From positions 1-62,901 of IMG/VR virus record IMGVR_UViG_3300025120_000044: a stretch of 62,901 nt of DNA, one strand, 5' to 3'. A model generated the notes under the pieces. The model was not told where the DNA came from. It saw only the letters and a program-made list of their open reading frames with translations, and did no database searches. Below are positions 41,437-51,653 of this stretch, piece after piece. The DNA comes from a virus. Its lineage: Duplodnaviria; Caudoviricetes. Made by a program: the position numbers and the translations under genes. Position 1 is the stretch's first letter. Each line of letters begins with the position of its first letter.

Positions 41437-41991
41437 TTAAATTAAAAATGCTGCTAATATGGAAGCTCCCATATTAGTCATTTGAGAAGAATAGTTTGCT
41501 TTTGCTTGCTTATATGCTCCTCTTCTTGCTACTGCACCCTGGGCCGCAGTGCCTAACCCTTCTAAAGCCCTAGCGTTTACGCCCTGGCCAACTCCTATTA
41601 GTTCTTGTAATAAAGCTTGGTTCATTTCCCTTTGTTGTACTCTTGCATTATTTACCGTGCCTGCTAAAGATAACTGATTACCTCTTTGTGCGGACCTTTG
41701 TTGTTCTTGGAGTTGTGCGCCAGATAACCCGCCGCCACCATATCTTTCTAAGTTTCTTGATTGTACGCCCGCTGCTATTTCTGCTTGTTTCTCAGCGTTT
41801 TCTCTAGACCTATCAATAAGTGTAGTATCGTCAGTCATACCAAGTAGTTGGTTTTCATATTGTCTAAAATTAGCTATGTAGTCGTTATAGTCTTGGCGCA
41901 GCATTCCTGCAAAAGCTTTATCTGGGTCTTGTACATTCTGTAACCCGCCAGCATAGTCTTGTCTAGATCTCATGTTATTGTATAAGCTCAT
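41437..41991 (-). CDS. Putative internal virion protein (Q/A/G-rich)
   Basis: Helical Q/A/G-rich composition with hydrophobic C-terminus. Confidence 0.5.
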   Translation of the reverse strand: MSLYNNMRSRQDYAGGLQNVQDPDKAFAGMLRQDYNDYIANFRQYENQLLGMTDDTTLIDRSRENAEKQAEIAAGVQSRNLERYGGGGLSGAQLQEQQRSAQRGNQLSLAGTVNNARVQQREMNQALLQELIGVGQGVNARALEGLGTAAQGAVARRGAYKQAKANYSSQMTNMGASILAAFLI

Positions 41992-42617
41992 TACCCTAGT
42001 CCTCTTCCTGTAACAATTTTAAATAGCCCGGCATTTTCAGTCATGGGTATTAGATTTTGTTCCGCTTCTGGTTTGTCAACTTCTTGCGTGTTTACACTTT
42101 CAGCTGCTCTATATTGACTGTAGTTTCTACCTGCTTGTACACCTAGTTTTGTAGCTGCCCCTATTAAAGCTGAGTTTCTTGTTTGTTTTGCTTTTGCTTT
42201 ATTAAGAGTATCAGTAGTAGCAATTTTAGAAGCTTGCGATAAACCGGCTGCTGTTTGAGACGCCATTTGGTTTGCGCTTTTTATTCCTGCAATTTGGTCA
42301 CTTCTTGCACCTACAAGACCTTGGGCTGTACCTTGTAGTTGTTGAGCAGAAGCAGCTGAAGCTAAATCAGCTTGTGCATCTACAGCACCTACTGCTCTTC
42401 GGTTTGGGTTTTGAGTAAGAGCTTGCATGGTATCAGCCTGGGCCCTACCTTCGCCCATACTCATTAATCCAGATTCTTGGTTAAAAGACCTTTCTAGAAA
42501 TTCTCTTTGTTTTGGTAGATAGTTTTCTCTAAAGTATTTTTTATCCGCCATTGCTACAGCAGCATTGACTTTATCTACTTCACTCTCTTTGTAATCTGAG
42601 CTTTTTGGTTTACTCAT
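41991..42617 (-). CDS. Putative internal virion protein (A/Q-rich)
   Basis: Composition and position. Confidence 0.5.
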   Translation of the reverse strand: MSKPKSSDYKESEVDKVNAAVAMADKKYFRENYLPKQREFLERSFNQESGLMSMGEGRAQADTMQALTQNPNRRAVGAVDAQADLASAASAQQLQGTAQGLVGARSDQIAGIKSANQMASQTAAGLSQASKIATTDTLNKAKAKQTRNSALIGAATKLGVQAGRNYSQYRAAESVNTQEVDKPEAEQNLIPMTENAGLFKIVTGRGLG

Positions 42618-43057
42618 TCTACTTTTCTCCTATAAACTCTTGTATCTAAATTCCAACCCTTACTTATCGCGTAAGGTTCCAACTCTGGTACGTGTGACTG
42701 AGCTTCTATATACTTACACTCAGACCCTTTAGCTAGTTTATTAATCCAGTTCTTGTGGTCTAGCCATTGTCCACTACCTTTACTGTAAGTATACGCTATC
42801 CACATATACAATGTCTTGTCTTTTGTGTACCTATCAATTTCGGTAGTAAGTACTAAAAACCCTACTGGAGAGGTAAATAAAAACGCTCTTTCATTTACGC
42901 ACTCACTATAAACATCTTCTGGGATAAAGGTTAGACTGGGATTGTCTGCTAATATACTTTCTAAACCTGGTTTTACAATGTTCCACGTGGAACGTATGTC
43001 AGTAAGCACCGGTTCAACAAAGACATTAGTAGTCGATCTCCTTTCCGTATCTTCCAT
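42614..43057 (-). CDS. GNAT-like assembly protein (T7 gp13-like position)
   Basis: GFLVL...LYMWIAY...GW....VY pattern; sits between adaptor and ejection genes. Confidence 0.45.
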   Translation of the reverse strand: MEDTERRSTTNVFVEPVLTDIRSTWNIVKPGLESILADNPSLTFIPEDVYSECVNERAFLFTSPVGFLVLTTEIDRYTKDKTLYMWIAYTYSKGSGQWLDHKNWINKLAKGSECKYIEAQSHVPELEPYAISKGWNLDTRVYRRKVE

Positions 43058-43700
43058 AGCGCCTCCTTGGCTTACCTATTCCTTTGTATTTTACTGTTCG
43101 TTTTACGCCCAGATCTCCGCCTCTTGCACGTAGCTCTGCTTGCATAATTTCCATATTAAACTGTGCTAAATACTCTCTAGCTGCACTTACATCGGTCCAT
43201 TCTCTGTTTGGCATACGAAGTAGCCTGTATAAAGTGCCATATACTAAAGCATCTCTATATTGATTAGATACTGCAGTATCAATGTTATTTGAAGTTCTAG
43301 ATGGTTTTAAAGCTACACTAGCTAAAACTGGTTCAGAACTGCTTGGAACTGGCACAAGCCAAAATGTGCTTGCTGTTTTTTGTAAGTATACGTGCGGTTG
43401 TCCAGTGCGCTCTCTCCAATCCGGGTAATTTAATTCTAAACTACGCGGGCTTATTGGATCCATGTCTCTACCGTTATACGTCATTAACAGTACTTGATGT
43501 ACTTCTGTACCAGTAGGGATGTCAAAATCGTATTCGTAAACACCTGAAATGGTGTTAAAAGCGTCCATGTCTAATACATACGCTTTAGAACGTTCGCAGA
43601 ATTCTATAGTAGCCGAACGTAAATTAGCCTCAACTAAACTGTCGGGGCAAAAAGGAACGTAAGGTAAAACTTCTTTTACTAAAGAAGAGTAACTTGCCAT
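43026..43700 (-). CDS. Head-tail adaptor / tail tubular protein
   Basis: PYVP.CP......LR.A.IEFC, G.LYRL..MP..W pattern. Confidence 0.6.
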   Translation of the reverse strand: MASYSSLVKEVLPYVPFCPDSLVEANLRSATIEFCERSKAYVLDMDAFNTISGVYEYDFDIPTGTEVHQVLLMTYNGRDMDPISPRSLELNYPDWRERTGQPHVYLQKTASTFWLVPVPSSSEPVLASVALKPSRTSNNIDTAVSNQYRDALVYGTLYRLLRMPNREWTDVSAAREYLAQFNMEIMQAELRARGGDLGVKRTVKYKGIGKPRRRYGRYGKEIDY

Positions 43701-43701
43701 T

Positions 43702-44439
43702 CTAGCCTCCTTGTCTTGGTGCTGCTACGGGCGGTAAGTTTGGAGCTGCTCCTATATTACTAGTTCTGTCGTTGTTCGGGCTTAGTAGCTCCTGGGCTTG
43801 TGAACCCTGTCCGACACAATTTAAAAACAGTTGGTAATGAGACTGAGCTCTTTGTGCATTACCTGCGTATTCAGAATCTTTTTGGTAAGCCCTAAATAGA
43901 ACATAATCTATTATGCCGTTTGCATAAATATCATCTACTGAAATAGTTGCACTACCGTTAGCTAGGTCTGTTGGGGAAGCTGAAAATACAACTTCTACAA
44001 ACGCGTTACCTGCTACGCCTGGATAGACATAATAGTTTCTTGGGTCGTCTTCATCAAAGATATAGTGTTTAACTATTGTAGTATGAGCTGCATCCCCACT
44101 AACAGTTGGATCATGCCAATCAGGTTCTTGTGTATTTAATATATCAACGTTTACAATTCTAATTGCTCTTTTACCTGTAGCACTGCCGCTTGCTGCGGAC
44201 ATGTTTCTTACTACTTTAATTAGCCTAAGACCTGCACTAGGTAGTGTTTGTTTTGTACCCGCTACAAGTTGTACGCTAGATGTAGTAGCAGAAGACTCGG
44301 GCCTAAAGTTTACAATCTCTCTTTGTCCGTCGTTTAAATACCTGAGTAATTCAGCTTCAGGCCACCTAACGCTGGTGGTGTCTTGTAGGATATCTTTAAT
44401 CCTGCTTAATATATTACTACCTGTAAGTGTCCCTGCCAT
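43702..44439 (-). CDS. Head-tail adaptor protein
   Basis: LQD....RW...ELLRYLNDGQREI...RP, L.AGTKQ.LP, YVYP, DYVLFRAY.KD.EYA. Confidence 0.65.
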   Translation of the reverse strand: MAGTLTGSNILSRIKDILQDTTSVRWPEAELLRYLNDGQREIVNFRPESSATTSSVQLVAGTKQTLPSAGLRLIKVVRNMSAASGSATGKRAIRIVNVDILNTQEPDWHDPTVSGDAAHTTIVKHYIFDEDDPRNYYVYPGVAGNAFVEVVFSASPTDLANGSATISVDDIYANGIIDYVLFRAYQKDSEYAGNAQRAQSHYQLFLNCVGQGSQAQELLSPNNDRTSNIGAAPNLPPVAAPRQGG

Positions 44440-44449
44440 AATTCATCCT

Positions 44450-44785
44450 CTATTGTGCAGCTTCTAGTTCTGCAATTAAATCTGTTTTTTTCTTGCGTCT
44501 ATCAAGTTCGATCCCAATTGTACGACCGTATTCTTCTAGTTGCACTTTAGTCATTGCTTCTAAATCTATAGAAACTTCTTCTACTACTTCTACAACTTCT
44601 ACAACTTCTTCTATGACGGGTTCTGCCTTAGCAGGTTTACCTCCGTCTTTTACTTCTGTGCATCCTGCTTGTAAACATAACAACCCTAAGTCGTTTCCTA
44701 CTTGTTTTGGTTCGCCAGCTTTTAAATATACACTTGCGCCCCAAGTAGAGGCTACGGCTTTATCTTCGTTTGATACTATCCACAT
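44450..44785 (-). CDS. Hypothetical protein with C-terminal HeH/Rho-N-like motif
   Basis: LEAMTKVQLEEYGRTIGIEL...KK.DLIAEL. Confidence 0.55.
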   Translation of the reverse strand: MWIVSNEDKAVASTWGASVYLKAGEPKQVGNDLGLLCLQAGCTEVKDGGKPAKAEPVIEEVVEVVEVVEEVSIDLEAMTKVQLEEYGRTIGIELDRRKKKTDLIAELEAAQ

Positions 44786-44806
44786 AATTTTTACTCCTTA
44801 AATATA

Positions 44807-44825
44807 GGTGGCCATAACAGCCACC
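44807..44825 (-). terminator. Hairpin downstream of the capsid gene (terminator or RNA stabiliser)
   Basis: ggtggc-cataaca-gccacc stem with a weak U-tract. Confidence 0.45.
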
Positions 44826-44842
44826 CATAAAATATACCACAA

Positions 44843-45988
44843 TTAATAAGCTACATCTAATCTTATTACACCGAAGTCTTCAGACTGACCTGTATGGTCT
44901 GAATGATACTTAGGCTTTTTAAGACCGAATATTTTACCAATTGAAATACCGTTTTGGTTTCCATAGTCAAATGTGTCTTCGACTATTTCTGGGATACCAA
45001 TATCAGCCATTGCTAGTGCTTGTGCACCCGCAAAGATACATGCAGAACCGTTAACGTCAGCGTTAGCGCCCCATTTGTATCCAGCTGCTCCGGCATTAGA
45101 TGATGCTCCACTTGTAGCAGAGTTTGTGTTAAACACATGTCTGAACTCATGGATCATAACTCCGTCAACCATTAGGCTTGAAGAACCTGAGAATAAGCTT
45201 GAACCCGGTCCTCTTACTCCAGCCTGTCTTACGTTAGCAAGGAAGTCTGAATCAAGTTTTAGGTCAGCCATTACCTGTGGAGTAACAAACAGATGGAACA
45301 TCTCTTCGTTTCCTGCACCTCTTAGGCCTCTGATGTATTGGTCTTTAGCATAAGCTTTTAGATCAACAATAGCGCCATAGCTTAGTTTGTCAGCTGCAAC
45401 AGTTGCAGTAACATCACCAGCCACGATACCATTAGTAGCATCAAATCTTCTATGTCTATTAGAAGTTGGTGCTGTTACATCGCTAGAGAACTCTAAGTCG
45501 TTTAGATTTTGGCCTGAATTCATTGAAGGTCTTAATGCTCCATTGTTTTTCAGGTTATATCCGATACCACTTAAAGTAAGGAATGCTAATTGGTCCATTC
45601 TGTCAGCCATTGCGTAAGCAAGTGCATCTCTTGAATGTTCCCTAAAGTTTACAACAGATTTCTGGTCGTTCATTCTACCAGATAGTCTGTTAGCAAATCT
45701 TAGTTGGTCAATCGTTACGACTATGTCGAACGCTCTTAAAGCCTCTTCATTACCTTCTAAAGTATTGTCACCAACGATACCATCACCAGTCATGTCAGCT
45801 AAAAGTGTTAAAACAGCTCTTGCTCCCTTTTCTGATTGAGTAAGCTCAGATATTCTCTGAACCATAGCATTGGATCCGCTACCTGCGAATTGGTTAATGA
45901 AGGACATATTTCTAGCTACTCGCCAGAAGTCTCTTGACCAGATCGTTAATTGTTCACTGGTTAGAGAAGCAAAGTTTGTATTTGCCAT
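44843..45988 (-). CDS. Major capsid protein (N4-gp56/DUF4043-like)
   Basis: GDNTLEGNEEAL..FD....IDQLR, L..W/M...DQ, P.....L..D..F, GLKK..Y...DFGVI; AAGGAG RBS; follows the scaffold gene. Confidence 0.85.
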   Translation of the reverse strand: MANTNFASLTSEQLTIWSRDFWRVARNMSFINQFAGSGSNAMVQRISELTQSEKGARAVLTLLADMTGDGIVGDNTLEGNEEALRAFDIVVTIDQLRFANRLSGRMNDQKSVVNFREHSRDALAYAMADRMDQLAFLTLSGIGYNLKNNGALRPSMNSGQNLNDLEFSSDVTAPTSNRHRRFDATNGIVAGDVTATVAADKLSYGAIVDLKAYAKDQYIRGLRGAGNEEMFHLFVTPQVMADLKLDSDFLANVRQAGVRGPGSSLFSGSSSLMVDGVMIHEFRHVFNTNSATSGASSNAGAAGYKWGANADVNGSACIFAGAQALAMADIGIPEIVEDTFDYGNQNGISIGKIFGLKKPKYHSDHTGQSEDFGVIRLDVAY

Positions 45989-46200
45989 GATAATTTCTCC
46001 TTATCATTAAAGTTTAATAACCAGTCGACTTATTGGAGCGACTTTTATCCGTGTACCCTTTGTCGTTGGGGCAACGCTCTCGTAAGTTACGGGTACGAAT
46101 CCGGCCAGTTTAACGCCCTGCGCTGGCGAAAACGTATGTTTTACAGGAACGACCCTGGTAAGATATCGCTCTTACGTGCGAACTTATTTTTAAGATAACA
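45989..46200 (-). promoter_or_regulatory. Structured 5' leader of the capsid gene with an extended -10-like element
   Basis: TGtTATCTT at 46200-46192 followed by several short hairpins before the RBS. Confidence 0.5.
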
Positions 46201-46204
46201 CAAT

Positions 46205-47224
46205 TTATCCGAAATCTCCACGCATTCTGCGCAAAGTTTCAGCAGGCAAAGCATCAAACTCATCTATAGATAAATTATCTATATCTACTTTTTTGTCTGT
46301 TTTGTTTTTGCCTTTCATAGCAGGTGGTTGTTTTTCAGCTGCTTCTACTTTTTTATTAGTGTTAGCTATTTTTTTCTTTTCTACAATTTTTTTATTAGTA
46401 GCAGTATTCTGTACGGGTTTTTCTACTGTTTGGTTGCCCATAAGAATTTTAACTGACTTTTCTAAAGCATCTGCTCCTGTAAAACCTTGTACCATATAAG
46501 CATCTCTTAGCTCTAAAACTTCATTAGTTTTATCTTGGTTAAACTCTGGGTTAGCCTGGTTTAATTCTGGGTATGCAGCTTCTAGCTCTAACGCTTTTGT
46601 TTGTAGTTGTTGTTGTTCAGTAGATTGAGCCACTGTTTGTCCCATCTTAGCTTGCATCTCAAACATCATTTGTTGTTTCTCTGCTTGTCTAATTTGGCTT
46701 CGTAATTGAGTAGCTTTTTCAGTCTCACCTTCCATAACTAAAGTTTGGTATTCTATTTCTTTAGTATCAAAATCAAACTCTGGAGCTTCTTTTACGTCTT
46801 CTACTTTAGGCGCTAACGCTTCATCTAGTTTTTTCTGTAAAGCTTTTTGTTTTGCTAATACTTCATCAAACCTAGACTTAGGAATCATTGGTTCTTTTTG
46901 AGCAAGTCCTGCCTCATCTGGTCCCTCAGATTGCTGTGTATCTCCCTCATTTTCTGCCAGTAATTCTTCTTCTCCTGAATCTTCTTCGTCTCCGTCTGTA
47001 ACTTCAGAGTCTTCCTCTTCTGTTTCCTCTTCAGGCTCTTCAGGTGATTCTTCTTCAACTTCGACATCTTCATCGCTTTCCTCCTCCTGAGTTTCTTCGT
47101 CGTCTGGGGTTTCAAAATTCATATCGACTTCAAAGACTTCATTGTCTTCTTCGGTCTTTGGGTCTGCTCCGGGCATGCCCTCTAACACGACATCTAATTC
47201 TGCTTCTTGGTTGTTCTTAGCCAT
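46205..47224 (-). CDS. Capsid scaffolding protein
   Basis: Highly acidic N-terminus, IPKSRFDEV, coiled coil, basic C-terminus; between portal and capsid genes. Confidence 0.75.
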   Translation of the reverse strand: MAKNNQEAELDVVLEGMPGADPKTEEDNEVFEVDMNFETPDDEETQEEESDEDVEVEEESPEEPEEETEEEDSEVTDGDEEDSGEEELLAENEGDTQQSEGPDEAGLAQKEPMIPKSRFDEVLAKQKALQKKLDEALAPKVEDVKEAPEFDFDTKEIEYQTLVMEGETEKATQLRSQIRQAEKQQMMFEMQAKMGQTVAQSTEQQQLQTKALELEAAYPELNQANPEFNQDKTNEVLELRDAYMVQGFTGADALEKSVKILMGNQTVEKPVQNTATNKKIVEKKKIANTNKKVEAAEKQPPAMKGKNKTDKKVDIDNLSIDEFDALPAETLRRMRGDFG

Positions 47225-49349
47225 TATCGGTACCTCCTGTTTTGTCTAAGTTTTTCATTGCTTCGGTAGCCATCTTAGCTGCCGCTGCTGTATCACTCTG
47301 TTCCTTACGCATATCGTTTGTCAATTGCGACAATCTCTCACGTAAATCGAGCTCTTCACGTTTACCTTGAATTTTACTTTGTAATTCAGCAATCTTCAAC
47401 TGTGGTTCATTTTCTATCTGGTCTACTTTAGCAACATTTACTGCCGCTTGTGTCTGTAGGTTAGTTACTTCTGCTTCTAGTTTAGCAATTTCAAGCTGCG
47501 TACTTCTGATCTGTGACTCCATTTGGAATTGTTGTAGCTGTATTTGCTCTTCTGTTGGCGGTGCAGTACCTTGCATTTTTCTAATCCTATCTGCAACATC
47601 TGCTTTACGTGATAAATGCGAGTACTCTACTATCATATCATCTGGTATTGGCACTCCAACCTGTCGTAAAGAAATAGCTTCAGCAAACTGCATCTCATCA
47701 AAGTTATCTCTAGCAGGTGCGCTTGATACAATTACGTCGTATTCGCCTAGCTGTAAATCATTTATAACTTCTCCTTCTGGAGTCATTTCATTAACACGTA
47801 GAGCTGTTCTAGGTTTATAAGGGTCTGTCTCATCGGTTATCTGTATAATTCTTTCTTCTGTATAGTAACTTTGTACTAGTTGTAAAATAGACTCTGCTAA
47901 ATACTGTCTAGTTTTTGCTAGATTAGTTAGAGGCACTTGTAACATAGTAGAGCCTCTATTTTGTTTTGCTTGTATTGCAACACCAGAAACTTCTGCGCTA
48001 TCCATACCTAACATTGCATCTGTAATACCACTAATCTGTTTAATATTAGCTGCTGCTTTTTGTCCTAGTCTATCTAGTCCAGTAGGTATTTGGTTAGGTG
48101 GTATCTTTGCTGGTGGGGTAGAGCCTCTATTAAACTCTAACACTAAACCAGTTTCTGCTCCGTGTTCTTCTAGATCGTCTGCAGTCATGCCCGCAAGTGA
48201 ACCGTTCTCTACAATCCAACCACTGTTTGCAGTTGTATTTACTATGTGCAGTTCTTGTGATGTTATTTTGTTTAGCTGTTCTTGCGGTGACAACAAGTTG
48301 CGCACCATGCCGAACGGTTTTCCTCTACGAAAGTATGGAAAGTATGGAACGATTGTAAAGTTTTTGTATGGGGACCAATCATCAAAAAGAACTACAGTGT
48401 CTGCAGTTACAGTCCATCTTACTTTTCTAACTGTTTTAGTCATTATATCTAAGCCAAACTGGTCTGCGAATTGTTCTCTTTTTTTCTTAGTCCAATTATA
48501 TGGGACGTCGCGCATGTCACCAGTAACGGGATCTAGATAAAACATACATTCTTTTAATCTATAATACTGTCGTTCTATTACTCTTATAGCCCTAAGCATT
48601 CGTGCGTTCTCTGGATCCCCAGGGAACTGTTGTCCGTAATTGTGTTCGTCTGTATCTCCATATCTTTCTTCTTCGTATTCCATGGAGTCAGCGCCTAAAG
48701 TAGTACCCGTCTCAGCTAGCATTCTTAATTTATCTGCTTTGTCTTGGCCATACACTTCTTCTACTTCATCTATACTCATCCACTTGCTTTCAAATATTTC
48801 GTTCCAGGTTCTTGGGTCATAATGTTTTGCGTCTGGGTCGATAAGAATGTCTAAAGGATCTTTAGCTTCTACTTTTACTTCCCCCATGATGTGGTCAGAA
48901 AAATCTATACGTACATCAAAATATCCCCTGTCCTGTATTAACCCATCAGAAAACACCTGGTTTTCTATCCACTCTAGTTTATTATTGTCAGCAATTTGTT
49001 GATAAACTTTAGTAAGTACGTCTGCAACATCTTGGTTGCCGCCGCCCCTGGGTTTAAATTGTATGTCTGCTTTTTTCGTGCTTTGTTCTCCTAGCACGGC
49101 ATTAATTGTAGGAAGTATTGTATTTATAGTTAGTGCGGGTCTACCCTGGTCATCGAGTTGTTGCATGTCAAACTCATCCCACTGATCCCCTCTATAATAC
49201 ATGTCACATTTTTTAGCCATGTCTATGTATTCTTCATGGCCGCTGTCGCGGGCTCTGGTATAGCAATCCCATTGGCTTTTTGCTAGAGACAACTCTTCCG
49301 CTTTGTTAAGATTTTTCTTTATTTTTTTCTTATACGCCATGTTATGCAC
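47217..49349 (-). CDS. Portal protein (P22-like)
   Basis: YY.GDQW...GRPALTIN.I, FGMVRNL..PQ..LNK, SG.AI...Q..G, G.YDV.V and C-terminal coiled-coil barrel. Probable start is 49340. Confidence 0.88.
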   Translation of the reverse strand: MHNMAYKKKIKKNLNKAEELSLAKSQWDCYTRARDSGHEEYIDMAKKCDMYYRGDQWDEFDMQQLDDQGRPALTINTILPTINAVLGEQSTKKADIQFKPRGGGNQDVADVLTKVYQQIADNNKLEWIENQVFSDGLIQDRGYFDVRIDFSDHIMGEVKVEAKDPLDILIDPDAKHYDPRTWNEIFESKWMSIDEVEEVYGQDKADKLRMLAETGTTLGADSMEYEEERYGDTDEHNYGQQFPGDPENARMLRAIRVIERQYYRLKECMFYLDPVTGDMRDVPYNWTKKKREQFADQFGLDIMTKTVRKVRWTVTADTVVLFDDWSPYKNFTIVPYFPYFRRGKPFGMVRNLLSPQEQLNKITSQELHIVNTTANSGWIVENGSLAGMTADDLEEHGAETGLVLEFNRGSTPPAKIPPNQIPTGLDRLGQKAAANIKQISGITDAMLGMDSAEVSGVAIQAKQNRGSTMLQVPLTNLAKTRQYLAESILQLVQSYYTEERIIQITDETDPYKPRTALRVNEMTPEGEVINDLQLGEYDVIVSSAPARDNFDEMQFAEAISLRQVGVPIPDDMIVEYSHLSRKADVADRIRKMQGTAPPTEEQIQLQQFQMESQIRSTQLEIAKLEAEVTNLQTQAAVNVAKVDQIENEPQLKIAELQSKIQGKREELDLRERLSQLTNDMRKEQSDTAAAAKMATEAMKNLDKTGGTDNG

Positions 49350-50985
49350 TCATTGCCGATTTCTTTTTCGGTCCTTTCGCTATTAAGTTTAACCTATCTC
49401 GCCACGAAGGTATATGTTCGGGAGCCTCATAAAAAGTCGCATACTCTGTCATCATTAAACCAACCCAGGCCAAAGCATCAACCTGGTCATCATGTACGCC
49501 GTTAGGAAAACGCAAAAGCTCAGCAACCATTGGCCCCGTCCAAGCTGCATCTTCTGGAAAAAATACTTTACCTTGTTGCATCCTACCCTGGATCGCCCTA
49601 GCTCTAGCTTCTTTGTCACGTCGCCCTACTTTTAAATCTTTAAAATATGCAGAATGTAATTGTCTTTCTGCTACACGTTTTTGTAGAAAAGGCCCAATAG
49701 CCATTTCTATGTGTCCTTTTTCTATACCAACTATACTAGGCCTCCACTGTTCATAGAAGTCTAATATTTTTTCTACCAGTTCGAAACCGTCGTATCTACC
49801 GCGGATAACATCTACGACAAACATATTGTCGTACTCATCAATGCCTATAGTTATACCAACAGAAAAATCGTTTCTGTCTCGTTGCCCTATAGCTAAATCC
49901 CACGCAGTATAATAGCGAAGTCTATCATATTCTATTTCATCTGGTTGAAAATACTGAATCATCTCTCTAGTAAAATAATCACCATCATCTGATACAGGGT
50001 TTTGTTGATACAGCGCACTCCAGTCTCTAGGCCCGATAGCTTTTTGTATTTTTTCTAAAGACTCTACATTATATCTTTCTGGATGTAGTGAATCGCCTAA
50101 GTTTCTAAACTCCTCATCCTCTTCGGCTATCGCTGGGTATTTAACTACTTCCCAATCATCTGCACCATTTTCACTAGCCATTAACAACCTACCGGCTAAA
50201 TCATCATCGTGCCATCTCGTTAAAATAACTAAAATACCGCCACCTGGCGCTAAACGAGTATACGCGGTCGAGGTATACCAATCCCAGGTCGCTTCGCGGC
50301 TGTTTTCAGATTCTGCATCCTCTCTGTTTTTTACCGGGTCATCGATTAACAATATATGTGCACCTTTACCTGTGATACCACCACCAACACCGGCTGCGAC
50401 ATATCCTCCGCCCTGTGTTGTTTGCCAAGATTCTACTGACTGTGAATCTTTGTCCAGTTTTGTCTCTTCAAATACTGTTTTATAACTAGGTTCTCTTAAA
50501 ACCTGTCTAACTTTTCTAGAAAAAGACATGGCTAAGGATCCAGAGTACGAACAACTGATAAATTCGTGCCCCGGGTTACGCCCGAGATGCCAAGCAGGGA
50601 AAGCAATACTAGCCAAGGTCGATTTGCCGTGACGAGGAGGCATAAACAGCATAAGCCTTGGGGATTTCTTATCTGCTACGTCTTGACTAAATTTTTCTAG
50701 CCTTTTACAGATGTCTTTGTGTACCCAACCTGCTTGGTAATCAGGATTGAACTTTTCTACGAACGGAATCATGCGTTTTCTAGACAAAATACGCCTTGCA
50801 AGCTCTTGTTCGGCCTTAACTTGCGCTTTTTGTTGTTTTTTTGCCTCTTTTTCTTGTTTTTTAGGCATAGGCAGCTGTTCTGCTTCGTCTGCAGCACAGT
50901 AAACGCACAAACCTTTAGGTAAAACGAGATTATCTGCTAAAAGTTTCTTACATTTGTAGCATTCTACTTTCTGAAGGTCTGTCAC
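49342..50985 (-). CDS. terL: Terminase large subunit
   Basis: MPPRHGKS (Walker A), LLIDDP (Walker B), TRWH.DDL.GRL, LYQQ.P, WDLA, HDDQVDA; N-terminal CxxC...CxxC. Confidence 0.93.
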   Translation of the reverse strand: MTDLQKVECYKCKKLLADNLVLPKGLCVYCAADEAEQLPMPKKQEKEAKKQQKAQVKAEQELARRILSRKRMIPFVEKFNPDYQAGWVHKDICKRLEKFSQDVADKKSPRLMLFMPPRHGKSTLASIAFPAWHLGRNPGHEFISCSYSGSLAMSFSRKVRQVLREPSYKTVFEETKLDKDSQSVESWQTTQGGGYVAAGVGGGITGKGAHILLIDDPVKNREDAESENSREATWDWYTSTAYTRLAPGGGILVILTRWHDDDLAGRLLMASENGADDWEVVKYPAIAEEDEEFRNLGDSLHPERYNVESLEKIQKAIGPRDWSALYQQNPVSDDGDYFTREMIQYFQPDEIEYDRLRYYTAWDLAIGQRDRNDFSVGITIGIDEYDNMFVVDVIRGRYDGFELVEKILDFYEQWRPSIVGIEKGHIEMAIGPFLQKRVAERQLHSAYFKDLKVGRRDKEARARAIQGRMQQGKVFFPEDAAWTGPMVAELLRFPNGVHDDQVDALAWVGLMMTEYATFYEAPEHIPSWRDRLNLIAKGPKKKSAMSA

Positions 50986-51059
50986 TACTTTTTCTTTTTC
51001 TTAGCTGCTTTCTTTTTCTTTTTAACTGGCCCTCTAGGGTAGCCTTTTCCATAGCCCAT
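50985..51059 (-). CDS. 24-aa lysine-rich peptide (not in ORF track)
   Basis: MGYGKGYPRGPVKKKKKAAKKKKK*; AAGGAG RBS; stop overlaps the terL GTG start. Confidence 0.6.
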   Translation of the reverse strand: MGYGKGYPRGPVKKKKKAAKKKKK

Positions 51060-51074
51060 GCTTTTTCTCCTTTA

Positions 51075-51371
51075 TTAACACTTCCAGCGCCTGCGCGCTT
51101 GCCTAATTCTTGAATTTGGGTCGTTTCTTGTCTTAGCAGAGCTTCTTTTTAACTGTCCTGCACTTCTAGCGCAATAAGATTTACGTCTTTTTGCTGCTTT
51201 TGAGCCTTTTTTGACTTTTCCGGTAACTGCTGTCTTTAATTTAGAGCCTGGGTTCGCTTTTCTATACGCAGCGACCCCTTTTTTGGTCATTCCTGCTCCA
51301 GATTTGGTTTTTCGGTAGTTTCCACCCTTACCAGTAGTCTTTCTTATAGGTTTTGCTCTTTTTCTAGGCAT
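51075..51371 (-). CDS. Small basic phage protein
   Basis: GAGMTKKG...Y...NPGSKL...RRKSYCARS.G...DPNSR.......WKC. Confidence 0.7.
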   Translation of the reverse strand: MPRKRAKPIRKTTGKGGNYRKTKSGAGMTKKGVAAYRKANPGSKLKTAVTGKVKKGSKAAKRRKSYCARSAGQLKRSSAKTRNDPNSRIRQARRRWKC

Positions 51372-51553
51372 TATTTTCTCTTACTCTGTGATCTTTTTAT
51401 TGCTTTTGCCGTAGGAGCTCCTTTTGCGCCTTTTTTACGCATAGGTTTACCTTTTTTTCTTTTCTGGGCTATGTTGTACCACAAACCTTTTTTAGCTTTT
51501 CTGCCATCTTTAGTAGTGTGATACTTACTCTTAGCTTTTTTCGTAGCAGCCAT
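51371..51553 (-). CDS. Small basic phage protein
   Basis: KGLWYNI..KRK.G..MRKKG.KGAPT; TAATG overlaps; GGAGG RBS. Confidence 0.65.
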   Translation of the reverse strand: MAATKKAKSKYHTTKDGRKAKKGLWYNIAQKRKKGKPMRKKGAKGAPTAKAIKRSQSKRK

Positions 51554-51651
51554 TACTTCTTGCCTCCTTTGTACGACTTCTTAGTTGTACCTTTTTTCTT
51601 CCCTTTTTTCATCTTCATGCTTTTTGGTTTTGCGTTTATACAATGTGCCAT
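51553..51651 (-). CDS. 32-aa lysine-rich peptide (not in ORF track)
   Basis: MAHCINAKPKSMKMKKGKKKGTTKKSYKGGKK*; GAGG RBS; TAATG overlap with the next gene. Confidence 0.55.
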   Translation of the reverse strand: MAHCINAKPKSMKMKKGKKKGTTKKSYKGGKK

Positions 51652-51653
51652 AG

